Of a DNA stretch of 64,000 nt, positions 53,505-64,000 are shown piece by piece. The notes below the pieces were generated by a model. That model did not search any database. It saw only the letters and a list, made by a program, of their open reading frames with translations, and was not told the DNA's origin. Origin of the DNA: Antedon mediterranea (lineage: Eukaryota; Animalia; Echinodermata); assembly GCF_964355755.1 (NCBI RefSeq), contig NC_092673.1, forward strand, positions 30,067,648 through 30,131,647. Reading direction: 5' to 3'. Both the position numbers and the translations under genes were made by a program. Positions within the stretch are counted from its first letter, which is position 1; each line of letters opens with the position of its first letter.

Positions 53505-55470
53505 GCCCATTGTATTATATAAAATCCCTGTACATAGTACAGGGATTTTTTCCCAAAAATGGCAAAATTTCAACCTTTTTATTTCCTACATTCTAGTTAT
53601 TATATCGTAAATTGACATGCGCAGACACACATAATGTGTTCTGTGCATATTACATTCTAGTTAGTAAATTGACATGCGCAGACACACATAATGTGTTCTG
53701 TGCATTTTCTTCAATATTGTACACATATTTTAAAATGTTGATATTTGGCCAATTTCGAAAAAAATCCTTATTTTCGAAAAAATGACCCTTTTATTTTTTG
53801 ACATAACTAGTTACTATGGCTCTATAAGATGAGGATAATACAATATATGGACATGGCAATATTATCGCATGAATTTTAAAAAGTGGATATTTTGATCATT
53901 TTTTGAAAAAATCCCTGTAAAATTTCCAAATAGTTACTATAGCTCTATAAGATGATGGTAACACAATATATGTGCATATATGGCAATATTATCACATAAA
54001 TATTGAATTTTATTTTTCGATAATAATAATAATAATATTACAGGGATTTTTTCAAAAAAATGACAAATTCTCGAGCTTTTTATTTTTCGATAAAACTGCT
54101 TACTATAGCACAATTTACATGCGCAGAACCCATTATTCGACTCTGCGCATGTTTATTATGCTATAGTAACCAATTATGTCAAAAAATAAAAGGGTAAAAA
54201 ATCGGCCATTTTTTGAAAATTTCCCTGTACTATAGTACAGGGATTTTTTTTTAAAAAATAGCCAATTTTCGACCTTTTTATTTTTCGATAAAACTAGTTA
54301 CTATAGCACAATTGACATGCGCAGAACCCATTATTCGACTCTGCGCATGTTTATTATCCTATAGTAACCATTTATATCAGAAGTGGTTACTATAGCACAA
54401 TCGACATGCGCAGAACCCATTATTCGACTCTGCGCATGTTTATTACGCTATAGTAACCATTTATGTCAAAAAATAAAAGGGTCTAAAATCGGCCATTTTT
54501 CGAAAATTTTCCTGTACAGAGATTTTTTCAAAAAATGGCAAATTTTCGACCTTTTTATTTTTCCATAAAACTAGTTACTATAGCACAATTGACATGCGCA
54601 GAAGCCATTATTCGACTCTGCGCATGTTTATTATGTAATAGTAACCATTTATGTCAAAAGTGGTTACTATAGCACAATTGACATGCGCAGAACCCATTAT
54701 TCGACTCTGCGCATGTCTATTATGCTATAGTAACCATTTATGTAAAAAAATAAAAGGGTCGAAAATCGACCATTTTTCGAAAATTTCAGTCATTTTTTTT
54801 GGATCAAACACGTATGGAAACATACTCCTATAATGCAGCTAGTAATTAGCGCAAAGTTGTGTCTTGATCTAACCGGGTACCCATTTATACACCTGGGTGG
54901 AGAGAGGCAAACGTAAGTAAAGTATCTTGCCTACGGATACAAGCAATGCGGCGAGAGTTGGATTCGAACCTCGGTCTCACGATCAGTAGTCCAACGTCCA
55001 ACACACTGCGCCACACGCCCTCACTATATATTTAGATATTTAGTACAGGGAAATATTTAGAAAAATGGCCAAGTTTCGACCCTTTTACTTTTTGACATAA
55101 CTAGTTACTATGGCTCAATATATGGCAATATTTTCGCATAATTATTGAATTCTAAAAAGTGGATATTTTGGCCATTTTTTGAAAAAATCCCCATACTATA
55201 GTACAGGGATTTTTTCTTTAAATGGCCAAATTTCAACCCTTTTATTTTTTGACATAACTAGTTACTATGGCTCTACAAGATGATGATAACACAATATATG
55301 GCAATATTATCGCATAATTGTTGAATTTATTTTTTTTAACATAACAGGATATTATATCATATTTTGGCATGCGCAAATTTTGGCCATTTTTGGAAAAAAA
55401 AAGGGATTTAAAAAAAAAATGGCCAAATTTCGACCATTTTATTTTTCGACATAACTGGTTATTATATTGC
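53505..55470. repeat. Concatemer of palindromic TACAGGG...CCCTGTA modules with internal ~72-nt hairpins
   Basis: Module 54039-54229 is an imperfect palindrome; junctions read ccctgtac(t)atagtacaggg; hairpin cores at 54101, 54297, 54386, 54574 and 54663. Confidence 0.85.
54802..55022 (-). mobile_element. SINE family B inserted in the palindromic concatemer
   Basis: Minus strand gggcgtgtggcgcagtgtgttggacg..ggttcgaatcc..ctctccacccaggtgtataaatgggtacc. Confidence 0.85.
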
Positions 55471-56031
55471 AGAAGCACACAATGTTGTATGGTCAAGATA
55501 GGCTCGTAGGAGAACCGGCTTTCATTATGGACGTATATAAATATAGCCATAACTATACTGTAGCGAAGACCAGCCAGCTGCAGAACAACAAGAAGCTTAT
55601 TGTTTTCATCTTAATTATTTTTTTCAGTTATTTTGTAGAATATTAATCAGAATGAATATTACATGCATAAGAAATTCATTAATCATTTTTAATAAATCGC
55701 AAATCCCTGTTTTATCCCTTATCATTAACCAGTGCGTAATAAAATTCATCACCAAACTTCAAATTCATTATCATCTGACCATTTGAAAATTAGATTGAAT
55801 ATTGTATTTTGTAACCGATGGAAACACAACCAGATTTTACATAAACAACTTTCAACTAGCAGAATCCTTTGCTCTTTCTAAATAAATTACTTTCATTTTA
55901 ATTGATGAGAAAAACAACAAAAACCAAATGTAATTGGAAACAAGGAGGAATTATAATAAAGTATAAAAATAATATATTGTTTGAAGGTTTGCATGCCGAA
56001 ATCAAATGTTGATGTAAAGTTTGTTAAGTTT

Positions 56032-56092
56032 GTTCTGAAAAGAACTGTTGAGTTTCTCAAAGTTTCGATCAATATTTTTTTATCGTTCTCAG
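56032..56092 (-). mobile_element. Penelope-like end with a degenerate hammerhead motif (family of 6717-7012)
   Basis: Reverse complement CTGAGAAcgat..gatcGAAActttgagaaactcaacagttcttttcagaac. Confidence 0.5.
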
Positions 56093-56238
56093 TATAAAAT
56101 TAGTGGGAGTATAAAAATAATGTTCAGTTTATACAGCGAAAAATGCAGGCCGCCTCTAAGCACTAACAATCAACAGTATGTCAATGCATACCAAACAAAA
56201 TAACACAATCTATTTTCATATCCTATGTGTACAACTGT

Positions 56239-56594
56239 GTGAGTGAGTGAGTGGCCGAGCGGTTAAGACAGTGGAACCGTAATTACGTAGCCATAACATC
56301 GGCAAGGGTTCGAGGCTCACTCGCTCCATGGTTCTGGTGGTAGAACGAGTCTTCTCGGATAAGGACTATAAACCGTAGGTCCAGTGTACACATAGCTCAT
56401 GTGCACTTTAAAGAACCTAGTACATCTTTCGAGACGAGTAGGGGGCTACCCCGGTGTACTAGTCCACACAAACACAGCCACTGTCACACACAGAAACTGT
56501 GCAATTGGGACTGGACCGTTTTAGGTGTTTACCACCTGTTGGTCCCGATCCTTCACTAACAGTGTTAGTGAGAAGTTGAATAAATAAATAAAAA
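56239..56594 (+). mobile_element. SINE family A, full length with an alternative 3' tail
   Basis: Head and body match the other copies up to cacagccactg (~56483); a different tail follows, ending in (aaat)n. Confidence 0.85.
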
Positions 56595-56597
56595 TTA

Positions 56598-56730
56598 TGT
56601 CTACACTATCAAACAAACAAAAAAGTGTGCTCAAAGTGTTCAAATATGTTAGTGATATGACATCATCGTGTCCATATATGAGTACACCACATTTTTTTGT
56701 CACATGAAGTTTGATAGAGTAGACAGAGCT
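56598..56730 (+). mobile_element. MITE family C, diverged
   Basis: tgtctacactatcaaac ... gtttgatagagtagacagagct. Confidence 0.8.
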
Positions 56731-57137
56731 GTATTTATAATCTTTGCACAATAACAATATTATTGATGGGTGATACTAATATTTGTTTAATGATTGAATG
56801 TTTCTAATTTTGTGAATACCATGGTAGTATTAGTAGCCTTTGAACTATTGCATTAAAACACGTTTCATCTATGTTCAGAATATAATTATTCAATGTTTTC
56901 ACTTATTACACGCTGTATGCAGCTAATACAAACAAAATAATATTGTCTGAAAACATTGATTGCGCAATGACAATGTAACAATCACACCAAATTGTTGAAT
57001 TTGAAAATGCGTAGTTAAGAGATGGGTGCAATACTAAGATAGTTTGCCAAAAATTGAGTTTATTTTTAATTTTAAAGACAAAATGTAAATAGAAATGACA
57101 CCAAAGTAAAGAAAACACTAGATAATATAAAACCTAA

Positions 57138-57251
57138 ATAAATTCCTGTCATTTGATTGGACGAATGTGGGTCACATGGCGTGCAATAGTACGCACTATT
57201 AAACAATCGTTTAATAGTACTTTTATATTTTTTAGTGTACGAAAAAAAAAA
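57138..57251 (+). mobile_element. 5' fragment of the hairpin-ended repeat at 2601-2913
   Basis: ataaattcctgtcatttgattggacgaatgtggg.cacatggcgtgcaatagtacgcactatt is nearly identical to 2615-2680. Confidence 0.8.
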
Positions 57252-57844
57252 CACCAAACACCACATATTCATAATATACACATTTAATAGGGTAAACATT
57301 GTTCAAGACACTTGATCTATAATTATATTATCAATAAAATATTTGAATAATTGTTTATTGAGTAATTTCAGAAATTTTGCGTTTTAAATATTAACATTTT
57401 TAGATATTTATCTCAGCACATCACATGCTTTTTATCATGATCTTTAGGTATAAAAAATAGTATACTTTGAACTTTAAATTACCAAAATATCTCCCCCACC
57501 AAAACAACTTGATCAACACCACCTACTTCAACTCAATAAAATCTAATTTACACTATTTGTATATTTTTTCTATTATATATTATATATTTTTTATAAAGAA
57601 TTATAATTTCTAGTCCTTGGTATATTGCTTTGACATTCACTTAGATTTATAGTAGACTTTTTAAAAACGCTGCTGAAGTCAATTTGATACTTATACATAG
57701 ATTTGCTCACTCATCTTCACTCAAATACAAACCCACACCTACCTCTATTCTTCAAATATCCCATAATTCATCATGGCAATCATTTCATTGCACCATGAGA
57801 CTAAAGTATGCCCCCCCCCCCCACCCTCATCTCCTCTTTTCCTC

Positions 57845-58062
57845 TTATTCATCATGGCAACGATATGCACGAATAACATCACGTATAGGTGCACGGCACA
57901 TCGGACAGTTGTTACCTTGTGATTTTAACTTGAGACCACAACATAGACAGACACACATGTGGCCGCACTGGTACAGAACTGAATCTATCGACTTCTCAAG
58001 GCAGATAAGACAGTGTCCCTCATTGGCTGGTTGAGTAGCACTTTGAGGCAAAGTTTCTGTTC
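57845..58062 (-). CDS. Terminal coding exon of a C3HC4 RING E3 ubiquitin ligase (Neuralized-type C-terminal RING)
   Basis: Acceptor tcatttcttgatttgcag| with AG at 58064-58063 (phase 1). Translation (G)TETLPQSATQPANEGHCLICLEKSIDSVLYQCGHMCVCLCCGLKLKSQGNNCPMCRAPIRDVIRAYRCHDE-stop has CxxC, CGH, CxxC and CPxCR, plus the DSVLYxCGHMC and IRDVIRxY motifs typical of Neuralized-family RINGs. The track's TTG start is not the real start. Confidence 0.92.
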
Positions 58063-61000
58063 CTGCAAATCAAGAAATGAAGTTTTTATTAAAGCCTCAA
58101 ATACACTAGACTTTCTTTCTCTTATTAAATTGACCAAGAAAAGTCTAATCAGAATACTGGCTCCCTCATGGTATAATGAACCAAGTCAATGGTTACTTTT
58201 ACCAACTACTGCCTGCCCAGTAGAAGTTATCATGGTCTTGGTATACTAACCATGCTAAAACTAAAAGTCCAATCTTAACACATGACCTTTACCATGCGAG
58301 TCAATCATAGTTGTTAAAATCATGATTAAATTTTGGTAAAACCATGGTAAATAAAACTAACTGCGTAAAATGATCAAAGTGTGAACAACCAATGACATGT
58401 TGGGTATTGTTACTTTGGTTAAATTTAACATTTTTCAAGTCCAGTGCGAACAAGACTTTTAAAGACCCATTCCCAACAATTGTTGATATTTTGTAAAAAT
58501 AATGCATATGTTACTTTAAAAACATTAAACCATGTCATTTCTTGTCTTATATGTACGTCTTATGGTAATTTATGATAAAAAGAGAAAGAGAGAGAAACAA
58601 TGCACTACCTAAAAGTAGCTCGCAGTGAATGTCCTCTAATGTACGGTCTTAGGCCTAGCCTAGCTAGGCTTAGTTTTGTATACTTAGCTGGTAAACAACA
58701 GTAACGTACGGAGACTGTGCGCTAGCTATAGGCCTAAAGTCTGATGTTGTCCTAGTTGCTGCATCAATTGTCTTCCTGTTTTTGCCAGAATCCGTAATAC
58801 AAATTGGGAGAAAATTTACGATTCTTCCATTTATTTTGGCCTTCATGATCAATTGTAAGTAGGTGAATCACAGAAGAAACTAAAATATCAACCGCGCACA
58901 ATGCACGATAAAAACGTAGAGAATAGGATTTAATCATTTGTTAAAATGGAAAATCACTAGTGACCAACATTTAAGTTTATATATTCAGTAGTTCATACAC
59001 TCCCACTACAGTGTCACTTTCAGGCATAAAAACGATTAATTCAGAAATAAAGAAAAACCTTAATCCAATTCAAAATTTATAAATTAAGTCTCATATTTTA
59101 AAGAAATGTCAAAATTGCAACATGTAACAAGAATAATTTACAAATTCTAATAATCTTGACCATTAATTTGATCTGCAAATTTAATTGATGGTTGTCACGG
59201 TAATGCAGATATTCTAGCTCACGTCCGAACTTGTTTTTTTACACATACTGTACAATGATTGGGTATGGCCAGTTTGGATTTCATCCAGCAGGGCTATGAA
59301 TGACCCCATAACATTTAAACTGGTCAGTAGCAATATATCAAGCCAACTAGGCATGAATGAAAGTGAGCCAATATATTAGGCTTATGAGTTCGTAAGGTTA
59401 TTAAAAGCTATGTTATTGAACACTAAGAGGGCACTGGTCATTATTTAATAGATGACCTTAAAAATGAATGATTATTTTGAGTTGGAAATAAACAGATGGC
59501 TGCAAATTTATGCAAATAATTATCTTACATATATTCAACTTGCGAACTTAATAACTCATAAATGATGAGAAGACAAAAAGAGAAATTTTGAATATTAATT
59601 ATTATTTACTAATTGATAGTTTACGAGGTCACATTGCATTTAATTGACCTCCAATGACGTACAACTACATGATCAGAGCAAAGCATAAATAAACAGAATC
59701 CATATTTTTAATGGTTATCGTTATTATTGTTATATATCTAGTATGTTTCATCAATAGATTCAAAATTAACAAAAAAACATGGTAAATCAATACATAAAAA
59801 ATTACAATTTAACCTAAAAATATAATTCACCATATTTTCATGTTTAAAGAGACCAATAGTTGATATTAATTTGAGAAAATATAACACTCAAGTTATGACT
59901 CACGACCTCCCTTAACTGTGCCTAAGGCAAGGTCATTTTGGCCATCTAATAACACAAAATGCCTTAATCTTCATTTTAATGTTGATTTTTTTTCTCAGTT
60001 TCTTTCAAAATATCCCTGCATTCACTCAAAAGCTTTGTTTCGGATATTTTATCCAATCAGAATATTCGCTTTTAAATTAAGTATTGTCCTGCTTTGTTAG
60101 TTAGGAAAAATTGATTTCAAAATGTATTCAATTTAAAAAATAAGAGAAACGTTTCTAATCCCTTTTGCATTGGATTTTAGCATTGTATTTGAACAAATTT
60201 AAAATGACAGACATTGATTCTGTATACAGTGATATTGATGATAGAGATATAAAACAACAATGATGGCTTCTCAAACTTCTCCAAACAAATTAGTTTAAGT
60301 TTGGATTCAACTTTCTTTAAAACCATATACCTTTAGCCTAAGTTAATGGTATACAGTACTCTAAAGTCAAGTTACAAATGAATTAATCTTTTTTATAAAT
60401 GTTATCTAATGTATGATGCTTGTGAATGTTTTGTTATTTTTTTCCATATTTATGTTGAGGAAAACAATTTTTCCATTTGTATATTTTAGAACAAATAAAC
60501 TTTTATTTGGATTTGATAACTGAAATCGACCGTTCTCTATATCCTCACTCGTGGAAACTTCCAACAATATTAATATTGTTAATTACAAATGTCCTTTAGG
60601 GTTAAATTTGTGCATTTTTTAAAGTCTAGACCAGACAATTTATGGTTTATTTTTTTCCGATTTAAAATTGTTTCTGAAGTTAATATGAAAAGTTTAATCT
60701 CATACATTCTTTGTTTTAAAGGTAAGCTCACAACAGAACAGCTTTCCCTCTTTTTATTATTAATTTAATAACATTCATTTAATATAATATCGTATGGGAA
60801 CTGATGGAGTCCATTACTAAAGCACGTCGTTCAAGGTATTTCTGTGAGCTATGATTTCACAATGACTGTATTTGTTTCACTTTAAGAAGAAACTGAAGTA
60901 ATAAATGAGAAAAATGATATTAGTGTCTGCTGCATGGTCATCTTTATATTACCATTCAAAAGAGGTTTTAAAAAGCGCGTTAAAATTGATGACATGTGAA

Positions 61001-64000
61001 TCAATCCGACATCTGCTACGTAGATGGCCGTAATTAAGAAAGAGTCGTCACGCCTGCACAATTTGAATTTATCTTTTAATGAGAGGATACATGTGATTTA
61101 TAAATCAATGTCATTTATATTTTGAGTGATTATGGATCAGTACCTGCATTTGGAGCAGCTAATGTTTTTTTTTTTTTTTTAAATTACAGTTTCAGAAGGA
61201 AATAATGTCAAATTAAATATAAATTATTAATAAATTTACTTAGTTAATTCTTATGCTATCAATTCTCATCAAGATTTTTTTTTATATTGATTGGAATCTT
61301 ATTTAATTTACAGTTATGTTTCTACAGAACTGTATTCTCTTTAAGTACTTGAAACACCTGGTATAAAAAGAAAAACTTAAGAATGTGCTGAGGTTGACAC
61401 TCATTTTTTTTTGTACCATTGCATCAGCTATAATTTATGCAACATTTGATCTTTATATTTCTCACATTTTTACTGTATACTAAAAGTCCAAAATAAATCA
61501 AAGTCATTATTCTCATTTAGAAAGAAATAAATGTTTTCTTGAATGAATTGAATGAATAAGTCAAAAATATTAAATGTGAAAGCGTAATTTTTTGCTCAAG
61601 TGAAGGAAGAATGAGTAAAATAAGAATCACAAATGAATGAATGGCAGACTACTATGATACTCCTCCTCACTCAAGCTTGCTGAATGAGATAAAAATTAAC
61701 TTGAATTTAAACTTGACAGTTAATTATATTTTGAATAAAACCAGAGGTTCAAGTCATGCTCGATTCAAGGGCTGTCACGTAGAATCAAATGTGTAAAACA
61801 CGCAAATCACATACACAGGTCGTCGAATCATGATTGATAGTTTAACGCGTTTGTAAAACCTTTTACGGGTAAACATGTGGTATTCAACGGTAATAAAACT
61901 TGGCAACGGTGATGAGCAGTGAGAAATGTTCACGTATTAAAGCACTTTGACTTTGGGATGTTAATCTGAGTCTAAAACCTTATAGTACAATCAAACCGGA
62001 TTAATGTACACTTTTGGGCAGTAACCCTTGCTGTTTGACAATAACAAAATACAATAAAGTATTAGCGGCCAGTTGGTTGACATTCCACAGTAAAAAGAAA
62101 AATACTGGTTATAATTATTTTTAGAAAGATTGAGTACTTTATGACTTCTATATATGTAAGGGTCAAGGAAACAGTTGACCCAAAAAGAATACAGGAATAG
62201 TTCAATACACTTTTAGCAATTTAACCACAGGGCTAAAGATTTACAACACTTTTAGGTAACAGTAAAGCTGACTTCCCCCAATGGGATGGGTTTTATGTAG
62301 TTGACCAGTCTGAAATCAGTAAATGAAAGTGACCAGGCTCCCACGATAAGTTTAGCAGCTGCATTTCCTGTCCGACATCAGGCGCCGGTCAATAAGGGTA
62401 TAATGTCCAATATCGTAGGTCAATTATGTTAATTCCTGTATGGTTAGATCATTAATCTTGGCCAATGTCCAGTGTTTTAGACTTACTGGGGCCACATTCC
62501 ATAAAAGATGTAAATGTTCATATCCCTAGATAGTTATTATAAATCTTGATATTGCAAATTTCAGAACGCATTATATGGCATTACAATACTTTAATGTGTA
62601 TACATCCGGGATCTAATGATATGTTAAATACAGTGTTATTGCACGGTTTGTCTTTATAAAATGTTCCAGCGAAAATGTGTGGTAAAAATATATGAAAAGG
62701 AACATTATTTATCATTTAGCAAGATTGGCACTCAAATTCTCTGGATTGATGTTCTTAATTTTTAATATTATACTATTTTCTATCTTCAACTGTTAGTTAT
62801 TATTTTATTTTAAACCACAATGAAATCTAGCAAGCAATATCATTTTGATAAAAAGAATTAATCATGAAATGGTCATTTGGATGATAATTTATGATAGCGT
62901 GAGGCTTATGTGTTTCGGTGCATGCTAGATAAATGACATGCATATTTATGAACAACAATGGAGTGAATATATTTACTTTTTATTTTATCAGTAACACAAT
63001 TTAGAACTAATACTGGTCTAAAAAAATCTGCAAACCAAATTAATATTTGGTTAACAAATACTATGTCGTCTTTCCAATTAACTTAATGAGATCATGTATT
63101 TTATATGGATTTAAGGGGACATCATAAACAAAAGTGATTTAGAAATTAGAAATAAAATTAATTATGAGGTCAGTTGTATGAAATTAAATTTTACTAAGCA
63201 CCATAAGATATTAACAATTAGTTTAATTTTTGCATTCACTTAAATTTCGCAGTATAATAATCTAAATCAATTATATTATTATATACAGTAAATATTTAGG
63301 GGAAAAAATTAATGGTAGATAAATAAATTGAATGTTAAAATTATAGGTAGGCTATTAAATGGATTCTAATTCTTCAGAAATAAATAAAAAATATTTATCA
63401 ATAATATGAAGGTAAGAATTCAAAAACAATAACAAAATGAATTGTTTTAAAAAACCTTGGGTGTAAATAAATATGGATCCAATTAAAACAAAAATTTGAT
63501 CAAAATATTAAAATTATAACGATATAATTTTTTGAATGATTAACTTTAAATTGTAAAGATTAAATCAATTGAAGGACAAACTGCGAATTGTTTCTCAAAA
63601 ATTTAAACAAAAAATAATTAATTTAATTATCAACAAATTTAAATAATGAACCATTGAAAAAGTAGGCCATTATTTATGATTAAACTGTTAAAAAGTAGAA
63701 ATAAAATCAATAAAAATAACAAACAATAAAAAAATATAACAATAAAAAAATATTATCACTACGGCAATGACAACAAGGACAAGATACAATGGGTCAATAT
63801 AATATCATTATTATTTGTAAATATTAGAATAAATGCTAAAAGGCAGTTTTTGAATGAATTCAATAAAAGATTAACTTGTTGTATGTTTATTTAAAAATTA
63901 ATTCAAATTGATTGCTTGATTTGAATTTAAAATTGCCAAACTTGATTCTTTTTTGTGTACGTGTATGCAAATTATATTTTTATTTATCATATTTAAAATT

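Noticed and set aside
56241-56328. tRNA-Ser/Leu-like gene ending in CCA
   Set aside because: It is the head of a multicopy SINE; the anticodon and T arms do not fold canonically.
57684-58249. Plus-strand ORFs of 116 aa and 78 aa
   Set aside because: Antisense shadows of the RING exon and its flanks; no recognisable motifs.
58670-58852. Minus-strand ORF as a possible upstream exon of the RING gene
   Set aside because: No convincing splice sites, ends in a stop, and has no domain similarity.
62270-62400. GC-richer patch that could be a minus-strand exon
   Set aside because: The one plausible frame hits a stop, and no clear donor/acceptor pair was found.

Overview
AT-rich eukaryotic (animal) genomic DNA, mostly intronic or intergenic and dense in repeats. 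The repeat content (Deu/Nin-like and CORE-like tRNA-SINEs, PIF/Harbinger- and Kolobok-like MITEs, a Helentron-type element, Penelope-type minimal hammerhead motifs) suggests a marine invertebrate, possibly an echinoderm; this is inference only. The only convincing coding sequence is a minus-strand terminal exon (57845-58062) encoding a Neuralized-type C-terminal C3HC4 RING finger; no upstream exon was found in the window. Nearly all other ORFs in the track are chance ORFs or translations of repeats. Most notable observations: (1) three unrelated minisatellites (41, 47 and 30 bp units) whose units each contain a DNA-transposon terminal-inverted-repeat (TIR)-like sequence, with related element ends visible in the window; (2) two families of minimal hammerhead-ribozyme motifs; (3) a 2-kb concatemer of palindromic modules carrying repeated ~72-nt hairpins; (4) an 86-bp satellite with 10 perfect POU octamers; (5) two 27-nt plus-strand microexon candidates; (6) a SINE 3'-tail swap. 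All family assignments come from reading the sequence by eye, without database searches.
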